Assembly: GCA_049509875.1 (NCBI GenBank)
Contig: JBEKZM010000008.1
Span: forward strand, 42,125 to 106,124
DNA length: 64,000 nt
Origin: Verrucomicrobiota bacterium
GTDB taxonomy: Bacteria > Verrucomicrobiota > Verrucomicrobiia > Limisphaerales > UBA11358
Direction of reading: 5' to 3'
In this document: in pieces, positions 27,325-36,298 of the stretch
Position numbering within the stretch: position 1 is the stretch's first letter
How the letters are laid out: each line of letters begins with the position of its first letter
Translations under genes and position numbers: made by a program
Notes under the pieces: generated by a model
The model's database searches: none
Told to the model about the DNA's origin: nothing
Seen by the model: the letters and a program-made list of their open reading frames with translations, nothing else

Positions 27325-27511
27325 AACTGCGTTTGGGGATAAGACGCGACGGAGCCTGCTATCGAGCCAGGCCGGGTTCGGCGCGGAACGAAGAATCAAA
27401 CGGCACGCAGTTTGAGCAGACCATGGTGGCAGGATAGCCGGGCCGGGCGGGCTTGACAAGGCTGGGCGCCGGCGGGCGATCCGGTCACCCGGATTTTAAG
27501 TGAATCGGGTA

Positions 27512-27539
27512 TTGACTTCGCGCGTCCATTTGATAGATT
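27512..27539 (+). promoter_or_regulatory. Candidate sigma70-type promoter for rplM-rpsI
   Basis: TTGACT (27512-27517), a 16-nt spacer, then TAGATT (27534-27539) with TG two nt upstream. Lies 27 nt before the rplM ATG. Confidence 0.4.
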
Positions 27540-27565
27540 CCGCCTCCCTTTTGATTGGATTTTAA

Positions 27566-28000
27566 ATGAAAACGCATTTGCCGAAAGTGAACCTGGACCA
27601 GCGCAAGTGGCATGTAATTGATGCCGACGGCGCGGTTCTCGGCCGCCTGGCCGTCCAAGTAGCCGACATTCTGCGCGGCAAAAACAAGCCCGTCTATACG
27701 CCCCATCTCGATGCCGGCGATTTTGTGATCGTGGTCAACGCCGAAAAGGTCCGCGTGACCGGCAAAAAAGAGACGGACAAGGAATACATGACTTATTCCG
27801 GCTGGAAAGGCGGCGAAAAATACACCACCGTGGCCCAGCTCCGCGCGAAGCATCCCGAGCTGCTCATCGAACACGCGGTGAAGGGGATGATCCCGAAAAA
27901 CCGCCTGGGCCGCGTGCTCTTGACCAAGCTGAAGGTTTTCAAAGGACCCAAGCATCCCCATGCCGCGCAGACCCCCGCCGTGCTGGCTCCCGCAAAATAA
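27566..28000 (+). CDS. rplM: 50S ribosomal protein L13
   Basis: MKTHLPKVNLDQRKWHVIDADGAVLGRLA... 144 aa. Confidence 0.95.
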   Translation: MKTHLPKVNLDQRKWHVIDADGAVLGRLAVQVADILRGKNKPVYTPHLDAGDFVIVVNAEKVRVTGKKETDKEYMTYSGWKGGEKYTTVAQLRAKHPELLIEHAVKGMIPKNRLGRVLLTKLKVFKGPKHPHAAQTPAVLAPAK

Positions 28001-28003
28001 TTT

Positions 28004-28405
28004 ATGGCTACCACCAAGACCATCGAATTTCTCGGCACCGGCCGCCGCAAGACCGCCATTGCCCGCGTCCGCCTTGCGACCGGCACCGGCAAGATCACCG
28101 TCAATGGCCGCCCGGTTGAAAACTATTTTCCGCTGGACACGCTGCGCGCCACCGTCACCCAGCCGCTCACCCTTACCGGGACGGCGGACAAACTGGACGT
28201 GCGGGTCAACGTCACCGGCGGCGGCCCCAACGGCCAGGCCGGCGCCACCCGCCACGGCATTTCCCGCGCGCTTCTGAAGTTCGACGCCAACCTGCGCCCG
28301 CAGCTGAAGAAGGAGGGGTTTCTCACGCGCGATCCGCGCGAACGCGAGCGCAAGAAGTACGGCCAGCCCGGCGCCCGCAAACGCTTCCAGTTCTCGAAGC
28401 GTTGA
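28004..28405 (+). CDS. rpsI: 30S ribosomal protein S9
   Basis: [19 protein letters not shown]...[18 protein letters not shown]. 133 aa. Confidence 0.95.
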   Translation: MATTKTIEFLGTGRRKTAIARVRLATGTGKITVNGRPVENYFPLDTLRATVTQPLTLTGTADKLDVRVNVTGGGPNGQAGATRHGISRALLKFDANLRPQLKKEGFLTRDPRERERKKYGQPGARKRFQFSKR

Positions 28406-28425
28406 TCGCCCCGGAAAGTTCTCAA

Positions 28426-28458
28426 CCCGCCGGCCCACGCCGGCGGGTTTTTTGTTTT
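28426..28458 (+). terminator. Rho-independent terminator after rpsI
   Basis: CCCGCCGGC-ccac-GCCGGCGGG followed by TTTTTTGTTTT. Confidence 0.85.
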
Positions 28459-28518
28459 GGCGGCATCTGAAAAACCTTTGTTCCGTTGTTCCTTTGTTGT
28501 TCAATTTTATTTTAAAAG

Positions 28519-29580
28519 ATGAAAACGAAAAAAGTGGCCATTGTTGGCGCGTCCGGTTATTCCGGCGAAGAACTCGTGAAGTTGCTGCTCAACCATCCCC
28601 ATGCGGAGCTGGTGGCCGTGACCTCCCGGCAGAACGCCGGGCAGACACTCGCCCAGGTGTTTCCCAAATTCGCCAGCCATCCCAAATCCAAACTGCTCCG
28701 CTTCGTGGAGCCAAACGCGGAATTGCTCGCCCGGCTGGCCGACGTCGTCTTCCTCGCCCTGCCGCACGGCGTCGCCGCCGAATATGCCCTCCCGCTGATT
28801 GCCGCCGGATGCGTGGTCATCGACCTGAGCGCGGATTTCCGGCTGAAGAGCCCGGAGATTTACCAGGACTTTTATGGGCAGGAACATCCCGCGCCCGAAC
28901 TGCTGAAGAAGGCCGTTTACGGGCTGCCCGAGATCCATCGCGATGAAATCAAGAAATCGCTGCTGATCGCCTCGCCGGGCTGTTACCCGACCAGCATTTT
29001 GCTGCCCGTGATCCCGCTGTTGAAGGCCGGGCTCATCAAATCGCACGGCATCATTGCGGATTCCCTGAGCGGCGTCACCGGCGCGGGCCGCAAGGCGGAA
29101 ACCGATTACCTTTTTTGCGAGTGCAACGAGAGCGTCCGCCCGTACGGCGTGCCCAAGCACCGCCACCTGTCGGAAATCGAGGAGCAGCTCTCCCTGGCGG
29201 CGGGAACAGAAGTCGTCATTCAATTTACACCGCATTTGATTCCGGTGAACCGCGGAATTTTGACGACGCTTTACCTGGCACCGGAGAAGCCCTGGTCCAA
29301 CGCGGAGGGAATGGCCGCCTTCGCCCGGCAGATTTCAGACTGTTACGCCCGGGCGTATGCCGCTGAACCGTTTGTGCGCCTGCTCGAAGGCAAGTCGCTG
29401 CCGGACACCAAAAACGTCGTCGGGACCAACGTCTGCGAAATCGCCTGGCGGCTCGATGCCCGTACCGGCCGGCTCCTGGTGATGAGCGCCGAGGATAACC
29501 TCGTGAAAGGCGCCAGCGGACAGGCAGTGCAGAGCTTGAATCTCTTGAGCGGCTGGCCCGAAACGGCCGGCTTGGTATGA
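28519..29580 (+). CDS. argC: N-acetyl-gamma-glutamyl-phosphate reductase
   Basis: VAIVGASGYSGEEL...ASPGCYPTS (catalytic Cys). 353 aa. Confidence 0.92.
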   Translation: MKTKKVAIVGASGYSGEELVKLLLNHPHAELVAVTSRQNAGQTLAQVFPKFASHPKSKLLRFVEPNAELLARLADVVFLALPHGVAAEYALPLIAAGCVVIDLSADFRLKSPEIYQDFYGQEHPAPELLKKAVYGLPEIHRDEIKKSLLIASPGCYPTSILLPVIPLLKAGLIKSHGIIADSLSGVTGAGRKAETDYLFCECNESVRPYGVPKHRHLSEIEEQLSLAAGTEVVIQFTPHLIPVNRGILTTLYLAPEKPWSNAEGMAAFARQISDCYARAYAAEPFVRLLEGKSLPDTKNVVGTNVCEIAWRLDARTGRLLVMSAEDNLVKGASGQAVQSLNLLSGWPETAGLV

Positions 29581-30434
29581 AGCCGACACCCAATTCTCCC
29601 GGGGCCAGGAAGCGCCGCCCGGCCGCACCCGCGGCCCAATGGAATCCCGCCGCTTATGCCGCCAATTCCGCCGTGCAGCAAGGCTGGGCGCGCGAGGTCA
29701 TCGCCCGCCTTCCGCTGCGCGGCCAGGAGCACATCCTCGACGTCGGCTGTGGCGACGGCAAGGTGACCGCGGAACTGGCCCGGGCCGTCCCGCGCGGCCG
29801 CGTCTGGGGCGTGGACGCTTCGCCGGAGATGATTGCCTTCGCGCAACGGGCCTTTCCGCCGTCCCGGAACTCAAATTTGAAATTCCAAATCTGTGACGCC
29901 CGGAAATTGGATGCCCTCGCCGGCGAATTTGACCTGGTTTTTTCCAACGCCGCGTTGCATTGGGTGGATGATCACGAAGCCGTCCTCCGGGGCGCCGCCG
30001 CGGTGCTTAAGCCCGGGGGCCGCCTCGTGGTTTCCTGCGGCGGCAAGGGCAACGCACACGACGTCTTCCTGGCCCTGCGGCCGGAAATGCGCCGGGTCCG
30101 CTGGCGGCGCTACTTTCGCAATCTGCCGGCGCCGTACTTCTTTTACTCGCCCAGCGATTATCGAAAGTGGCTGCCCAAGTTCGGTTTTAAAACCAGCGCC
30201 CTGCGACTCACGCCCAAGGAGGCCAGCTACGACGGCGCGGAAGGGTTTGCCACCTGGATCCGCACGACCTGGCTGCCCTACGTCCAGCGCGTGCCCGAAG
30301 ACCTGCGCGAAGAGTTCATCGCCGCCGCCGTCCGGCGCTATCTCGCGAGGCATCCGCCGGATGCGGAAGGCAAGGTCCACGTTGGCATGGTGAGGCTGGA
30401 GCTGGACGCGGAAAAAACCGGCCGTGATGCGTGA
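29577..30434 (+). CDS. Class I SAM-dependent methyltransferase (trans-aconitate methyltransferase-like)
   Basis: ILDVGCGDGKVT (motif I) and DLVFSNAALHWV. ATGA overlap with argC. Confidence 0.8.
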   Translation: MKPTPNSPGARKRRPAAPAAQWNPAAYAANSAVQQGWAREVIARLPLRGQEHILDVGCGDGKVTAELARAVPRGRVWGVDASPEMIAFAQRAFPPSRNSNLKFQICDARKLDALAGEFDLVFSNAALHWVDDHEAVLRGAAAVLKPGGRLVVSCGGKGNAHDVFLALRPEMRRVRWRRYFRNLPAPYFFYSPSDYRKWLPKFGFKTSALRLTPKEASYDGAEGFATWIRTTWLPYVQRVPEDLREEFIAAAVRRYLARHPPDAEGKVHVGMVRLELDAEKTGRDA

Positions 30435-30514
30435 TGCGTAATGCGGGGTGCGCAGTCTCCTGCCGCCTGGGGACGATTTTGGGCGCGGCCGGGCGCCGCG
30501 GGAAGCGGCAGGAG

Positions 30515-31201
30515 TCACAACGGTTTCTGATCCTGCACCCACTGGATGGCCTGCAACATCACCTCGGTGGATGATTTCAAGTTGAGCTTCTCCTTGATGC
30601 GGTTGCGGAACGAATTGACGGTGGGAATCGTGACGCCCATTTCCTCCGCGATGAGGCGGACTGATTTGCCGTGGCCCAGCATGCGAAACACTTCCAGTTC
30701 GCGGTCGCTCAGCGTTTCCAACGGCGAGGAAAACTGCTCGTTGGTGCCGTGAATGAGCTTGGAAACCATGGAGCTGGACATTTTGGGACTCAAAAACAAG
30801 TCGCCGTCCAAAACCTTGCGGATGGCGGTCTTCACGGTTTTGGAGGGCTCGTGCTTCATCACGTAGCCCATGGCGCCCGCGCGGAGGGCGCGTTCAGAGT
30901 ACAGCGATTCTTCGTGCATGGAGACCACCAGCACGGGCAGATCTTCGTACTGGCTCTTGATGGTTTTGATCAGCTCGATGCCGCTGGTGCCGCCCAGGGA
31001 AATGTCCACGATCGCCAGATCGGGCGTGGTGGCGGCAATCCCGGCCAGGGCGGCCGTGGCATCGGCGGCATCGCCGCAGACGGCCATGTCCGGCTCGCGC
31101 TCAATCAATTGCCGCAGACCCTCGCGAAACATGGCATGGTCATCCACCAGGAAAATCCGGCTTTTCACCGGCGACTTCGGTTCAATGATCAGCTCGGTCA
31201 T
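30515..31201 (-). CDS. NarL/LuxR-family response regulator
   Basis: Receiver IFLVDDH...LAIVDISLGG plus a C-terminal HTH (LSDRELEVFRMLGHGKSVRLIAEEMGVTIPTVNSFRNRI). Trimmed to the ATG at 31201, which overlaps the kinase stop (ATGA). Confidence 0.9.
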   Translation of the reverse strand: MTELIIEPKSPVKSRIFLVDDHAMFREGLRQLIEREPDMAVCGDAADATAALAGIAATTPDLAIVDISLGGTSGIELIKTIKSQYEDLPVLVVSMHEESLYSERALRAGAMGYVMKHEPSKTVKTAIRKVLDGDLFLSPKMSSSMVSKLIHGTNEQFSSPLETLSDRELEVFRMLGHGKSVRLIAEEMGVTIPTVNSFRNRIKEKLNLKSSTEVMLQAIQWVQDQKPL

Positions 31202-33687
31202 TTCGGGCGGTCCCCATTTCCGGCGGGTTTCTGGTTGAATTGCACGGTGACTTGAGTGCCTTGATTGGGCTCGCTTTTCAAGTTTAATGTGGCGCCGATC
31301 ACCCGGGCGCGATATCGCATGATGCGAATGCCCATGCCTGAGGGATCGGTCAGCGGCAGGCGAAAACCCGTGCCGTTGTCCTGGACTTCCAGCGTGAACC
31401 TCTCCCGCGCACCCGTGATGGCAATGTTGACCTGCGTGGCCTTGCCGTGCCGGACGGCGTTGGAGACGGCTTCCTGCGCAATGTAATAAAGATGCAGCGA
31501 CACGGTGCTGTCCAGGCTGGGCAGCGGCTTCTCGCATGCAAACCGGCACTGGGTCTTAAACAGGTTGTTGACGGTGGCCGCCAGTTCCTCGAGGGCCGAC
31601 TCCAATCCGCTCTCAGCCAGCCGCACGGGAAACAGGCCGCGCGCCACGCCCCGCGTCTGCTGGATCGCCTCGTTGAGCAGCGACCTGATCCGGCTCGCTT
31701 CCGACGATTCCGTCACGCCCTTTTCCTCAAGCTGTTCCCCCAAAATGTCCATCCGATAGGCGATGGCGGCCAGTTGCTGGCAGACGCCGTCGTGCAAGTC
31801 GTGCCCGATGCGGCGCTGTTCGCGGTTGCTGGTCTCCAGGATTTCCCGCTCCAGCCGGCTGCGTTCGGTGATGTCCCGCGCCACGCTTTCCACCTCGGGC
31901 CCGCTGCCGGCCCGCTGCACGAGCAGGGAACTGATTTCCAACCGCAGGCGCTGGCCGGTGGTGTTGACAAAATCCCACTCCGCCGTGGCCAGTTCTCCAT
32001 CCTTGATTTCCTCCGCGAGCCATTGTTTCACCGCCTCGCGCTCGTCTTCCGCCACGAACGTCACCAGATCGCGGCCCAGAATTTCATTCCGGCCGCGGCG
32101 CAAAATCTGTTCCCCCGTCTTGTTCACCGAGGTGATGCGTCCGCCGAGATCGTGGGTAAAGACCATGTCGCTCGCGTTCTCGAAGAGATTTTCGTAGCGC
32201 TCCTTCAAGGCGGCCTCGGTTTCCAATTGGCGGCGAATGATGGCCGTCTGTTTGCGCACCCGGCGGCGCAAAATGCCGACCCACGCCAGCGCGGTGAAGA
32301 CCACCAGACCCAGCAGGCCCAGTGCCCACAACATCCGTTTGATGTTCCACCACGGCGGCTGCGCCAGCACCGTGATGTCGCCGGCCGACCGCATCAACAG
32401 GCGGAATGACTTGGCCCGCCATTCGGTCCCGTAGTACCACCCGTTGCCCCGTTCAATCAAACAGATGCCCGTGATCGCCACTTTGCTGTCGTTCTGCAAA
32501 TAGGCAAAATCGGTGCCGGCGCCATTCCGCTGCAGATAGGCGTGAAATATGAACCCTCGCGATTGCAGCACCAGGAACTGTTCCCGGCTGTGGCGCGCCC
32601 GGTCCAGCACCGTCGCCTCGATCCGAACCAGGCGGCAATCATGCTTCCCGCTCAGGGCATCGTCGGCCGTCACCGGATCCGGCGCCGGCAGGTCGCCCGT
32701 CCCGATCTTCCGGTAGATCGCGTCCTGCAACATCGGCGTGTATTCACCCTTGGCGGGAAATCCCAAAACCTCGATCTCGTCGCCGGGCAGCAGCGAACCC
32801 TCCTGCCGCGTTTCCACATACAGCCCTTCGGTCTTGTCCTCGATGTACAGCGCATCCTCCCCGTGATAAACCACCGAGCCCCGCACCTTGACCCGGTGGC
32901 CGTAGGAGCCCTGCGGCGTAAATTGGAGGAGCTGCTCCATGGGACGCGTCGGGACGGCGAAGGGATTGGCCGGCGCCGGGAGGACCACGGTGAGATCCTC
33001 CGGCCGGGGAACCAGCAGCCGCGTATCGAAGAGTTGCCGCTGCAGGTTGAACCGCGTCACGCACACCCCCCGGATCCGCACCGTGCTGTCCACCAAATCG
33101 GCGCCATTGGTGACCGGCAATTTGGCGGCCAGCGCCGTCAAACGGCCCCCGCCGGTGGCAATTTCCACTGCGAAATACCTGGTCGCCTCATCCCATTGCA
33201 CCGCCCGGAGCAGGCCGCTGATTTCTACAAACTGGCTGTCCTCCTCGCCGCTGGCAACTTGTTCAAACGTCACCGGCTTGGCCGGCGGATACTCGCCTTC
33301 GCCCAGGGTGGTGATCTTTTGGGGCGCCACGATCGGCGCGTATTCACCGGGACTGGTCACGCCGTCGATCGCGATTTTGCCCCCCGCCTTCAGCGAGGGA
33401 AAATTCGAAGCGTTATTCAGGGAAAAATAAATGCCCGCCGTATCGTCCTGAATAAAACGGAAGTACTGCCCCAAATCCAAAAAGGTCACCGTGCCCTGGA
33501 GGCGGACTGGCAGGTGCAGTGCGGCCTGTTCCGGGGTCAACTGCCGGACCTGTGCGGCCGTCTGCAGCACCCCGTTGGTGGCGGCCGGCTGGGCGGCCAG
33601 CGGCAGGCAGATCAGCCCGGCGGCCGGCAAAACCACGCCAAAAACCCTCCGGCGGACATGTAGGCCTGTATTCAAGCGTGGCTCCAT
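31198..33687 (-). CDS. Sensor histidine kinase (HisKA_3/NarX-type) with large periplasmic domain and PAS
   Basis: RIGHDLHDGVCQQL (H box) and HATPase motifs EVQDNGTGF...GMGIRIMRYRA. A TM helix (LWALGLLGLVVFTALAWVGIL) follows a ~480-aa extracytoplasmic region. Start taken at the ATG at 33687 (MEPRLNTGLHVRRRVFGVVLPAAG...); an alternative ATG lies at 33732. Confidence 0.85.
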   Translation of the reverse strand: MEPRLNTGLHVRRRVFGVVLPAAGLICLPLAAQPAATNGVLQTAAQVRQLTPEQAALHLPVRLQGTVTFLDLGQYFRFIQDDTAGIYFSLNNASNFPSLKAGGKIAIDGVTSPGEYAPIVAPQKITTLGEGEYPPAKPVTFEQVASGEEDSQFVEISGLLRAVQWDEATRYFAVEIATGGGRLTALAAKLPVTNGADLVDSTVRIRGVCVTRFNLQRQLFDTRLLVPRPEDLTVVLPAPANPFAVPTRPMEQLLQFTPQGSYGHRVKVRGSVVYHGEDALYIEDKTEGLYVETRQEGSLLPGDEIEVLGFPAKGEYTPMLQDAIYRKIGTGDLPAPDPVTADDALSGKHDCRLVRIEATVLDRARHSREQFLVLQSRGFIFHAYLQRNGAGTDFAYLQNDSKVAITGICLIERGNGWYYGTEWRAKSFRLLMRSAGDITVLAQPPWWNIKRMLWALGLLGLVVFTALAWVGILRRRVRKQTAIIRRQLETEAALKERYENLFENASDMVFTHDLGGRITSVNKTGEQILRRGRNEILGRDLVTFVAEDEREAVKQWLAEEIKDGELATAEWDFVNTTGQRLRLEISSLLVQRAGSGPEVESVARDITERSRLEREILETSNREQRRIGHDLHDGVCQQLAAIAYRMDILGEQLEEKGVTESSEASRIRSLLNEAIQQTRGVARGLFPVRLAESGLESALEELAATVNNLFKTQCRFACEKPLPSLDSTVSLHLYYIAQEAVSNAVRHGKATQVNIAITGARERFTLEVQDNGTGFRLPLTDPSGMGIRIMRYRARVIGATLNLKSEPNQGTQVTVQFNQKPAGNGDRPK

Positions 33688-34046
33688 TGTACATTGGGAC
33701 GCTGAGCGTGCCAAGGCGGGCGCGGCCGGCATCGGCGCACCAAGATCGAGGATGGAGGAGGGTCGCAAATCGCAAATCCGGCTAAAGCCCAATGAATTCG
33801 GAAAATCCAACTTGCCGCGCCGCCCCTGCCGCACCGCGGAAATCCTTAAGGCGCCGCGCCCCCCGCCCTCCGCTTTTCGCCCTCCGCATTCCAAAATCCG
33901 CATTCGCTTGCCGCCCTCATATTGGGATAGCTTATTTCATTCATTAGTTGCTGAATTACATTGATTCTTATCACATTTTCGCTCATGCTACAGCCTGTCC
34001 ACGTTGCCAGCATTTCGCCACGCAACCGGTTTTTGACGCAACAACT

Positions 34047-36290
34047 ATGAATGCCATTGCCGAAGATCAATCCTCTGCTCCCAAGACGCTCACCACCCTG
34101 CCGTCGGATGATGTGCGCCAGCTCATGTGGCGCTTCGCGGACCGTTACGAGCTGCACATGCTCGTGCAGGCCTCGCGCGCCGTCGCCCGCGGTCCCGTCG
34201 CCCGCCTCGTCGCCGCCGGCGGACGCAATTCGCACGAGTGGACGCCCGAAAAGAACAGCCTCCTCCAGCACTACGACGAGAGCGGCATCACCGCCGCGTC
34301 GCTGGACCCGGAGGAGGGCGGGTTCATCGCCGGCCCCAAGAACCTGGCGCTGGCGCTGATCGCGTTTGAACTGGCGTGGGTGGATGCCGGCGCGGCCACT
34401 GGCAGCCTGGCTGGCAACCTGGGCCTGGCGCCCATCCATGAGCGCGGCACGCCGGAGCAGCGCGCGAAGTACGTGGCCGGCGCGGCCCCGCTCCGGCCCG
34501 GCGAGACGCGCGTGCAGGTGCGCGCGGCGTTCGCGCTGACCGAACCCATCCCGTTTGTGGGCGTGGAAACGGGCCTGCTGGCCGGCAAGGTCCGCGTGGC
34601 TGAATGGAAGGAAGGCGCCGAACCGATTTTGCAGGTGGAAAAGCGCGGCCGCTTCATCACCAACATGGGCTTCGCCAACGTCGTCACCGCCGCGGTGGAT
34701 TCCGACGACCCCCGCCTGAAGGGCAGTTGCATGGTTATCATGGAAGAAGGCGATCCCGGCGTTTGGGACCGCGGCACCCCCACCAAGAAACTGGTGCATC
34801 AGCTCTCCTCGACCAACGACCCCGTATTCAACTTGCAGGTCCCGGCGCACCGCATCGTGGGCGGCTACACGGTCAAGGACGGCGTGATCATTCCCAATTA
34901 TTCGCACAGCGAAATCATCGAGGCCGTGTTTCGTCGCACGCGCGTGACCGTTGGCCTCATGACCAGCGCCAAGCTGTTGTCCGCCGTGGAACCGGTGATC
35001 CTGTATCAACGCCGCCGTTTTCGCGGCGGCGAGGGCGCTCCCGGCACGCCGCGCTATGAACTGGGCATCCAGCAAAAGGAAGACGCCCTGCATCGTCTCG
35101 TGGATGTGTGGGCCACCGGCGAAGCCAGCGCCTCGCTCGGCTTCTACGCCGCACGGCTGTTCGACGAACTCGACCCGATGGAAAAGGAAAAGGACCAGTG
35201 GCTGGCCGACAAGGGCCTTAGCGGCCGGGCGGCGCTCAAGGAAATGGCCAAGAAAAAGGCCAAGGCCATGGAGTTGGTGAAGCTCTATTCCCTGCCCGTC
35301 GGCGAACGCGATTTGAACGAGGTGGCGGACCTCGAATCGGACCTGATGGTGAAATACGCCGCCCTTGATTCGCTGGCCAATGTGTTTTGCCCCGCCTGCA
35401 AGCTTTGGAACACCGGCCACGGCGCCAACATGATGCGCGAGGCCGTCAGCCTCATGGGCGGTTACGGCGTCACCGAGGATTGCCCCGGATTTCTCGGCCA
35501 GAAATGGATGGACGCGCAGTTGGAGGCGACCTACGAAGGGCCGGAAGCGGTGCAGCGCCTGCAGCTTTCCATCACCATGATCAACGAGCTGTTCCTGGCG
35601 CAGTTCAAGCAATGGATCACTGGGATGCGCCGGCTCGCCGGCACACGTCCGGGCACCGGCGCCTGCACGCTTGCCAGCGCCATGCAGCTCTGGCTGTGGA
35701 CGCTGAATCATGTGATGAGCGCCACGGACGCCCACGGCACGAAGCTCTTCCACAAAACGCGCCAGGGCGTCACTTTCCCGCTGGCGGATGCGCTCTGCTG
35801 GTTGCTCGCCGCGCGGCAGTTCATTCTGGATGTGGCGGAACTGGAGGAAAAGGGCCCGCGCAATGCGGCGGTGGCCGAGGGCCTCGAGGGCACGGTGGCC
35901 TTCCTCAACGATCTGGCGCACGTCGAATCGGCCCGCGCCGCCGGTGAAGTCAGCCGCATCACCACCGAAATTGTGTTCGGCTACAACCGCCATCCGGCCT
36001 GGGACGAAACGAGCTGCCACGCCTGCTATCGCGCCGAGGAATTGGCGGCGCTCGAAGGCCTGATTCCCGGTATCGAAGGTTCGGCGCGCGCTTATGCGGA
36101 TGTGGCCGAAACGGGCGAGGACCATCCCTGCAAGGCTGGCCCGTGCGTCACGTTTCACGGCTTGGAGGACTTCATCCATCTCCGCGGCAAGCTGGACGGC
36201 TGTTTGACCGGCTGCCGCCTGGCCAAAGACCGCGCCGCGGAATCCCTCACCAAGGTCATGACGCGCGAAGCGCTGGATTATCCGGTGTGA
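34047..36290 (+). CDS. Acyl-CoA dehydrogenase-family flavoprotein, long form (747 aa)
   Basis: ACAD-like segments (FALTEP...; MREAVSLMGGYGVTEDCPGFLGQKWMDAQLEATYEGPEAVQRLQL). Start trimmed to the ATG at 34047 (MNAIAEDQ...). Confidence 0.8.
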   Translation: MNAIAEDQSSAPKTLTTLPSDDVRQLMWRFADRYELHMLVQASRAVARGPVARLVAAGGRNSHEWTPEKNSLLQHYDESGITAASLDPEEGGFIAGPKNLALALIAFELAWVDAGAATGSLAGNLGLAPIHERGTPEQRAKYVAGAAPLRPGETRVQVRAAFALTEPIPFVGVETGLLAGKVRVAEWKEGAEPILQVEKRGRFITNMGFANVVTAAVDSDDPRLKGSCMVIMEEGDPGVWDRGTPTKKLVHQLSSTNDPVFNLQVPAHRIVGGYTVKDGVIIPNYSHSEIIEAVFRRTRVTVGLMTSAKLLSAVEPVILYQRRRFRGGEGAPGTPRYELGIQQKEDALHRLVDVWATGEASASLGFYAARLFDELDPMEKEKDQWLADKGLSGRAALKEMAKKKAKAMELVKLYSLPVGERDLNEVADLESDLMVKYAALDSLANVFCPACKLWNTGHGANMMREAVSLMGGYGVTEDCPGFLGQKWMDAQLEATYEGPEAVQRLQLSITMINELFLAQFKQWITGMRRLAGTRPGTGACTLASAMQLWLWTLNHVMSATDAHGTKLFHKTRQGVTFPLADALCWLLAARQFILDVAELEEKGPRNAAVAEGLEGTVAFLNDLAHVESARAAGEVSRITTEIVFGYNRHPAWDETSCHACYRAEELAALEGLIPGIEGSARAYADVAETGEDHPCKAGPCVTFHGLEDFIHLRGKLDGCLTGCRLAKDRAAESLTKVMTREALDYPV

Positions 36291-36298
36291 GCAGCAAC

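Noticed and set aside
29871-29895. Heptad-like tract aaatttg-aaattcc-aaatctg inside the methyltransferase gene, considered as a repeat insertion into coding sequence
   Set aside because: The encoded NLKFQICDARKL fits the expected methyltransferase motif after the SAM-binding region (hydrophobic-x-F-x-x-x-D). So it is ordinary coding sequence that happens to look periodic.
33846-36179. 777-aa minus-strand ORF mirroring the acyl-CoA dehydrogenase-like gene
   Set aside because: The antisense frame of a GC-rich gene lacks stops by chance. The sequence is low-complexity (A/G/R/H-rich), whereas the plus-strand product carries ACAD motifs (YEGPEAVQRLQL) and fits the ETF context.
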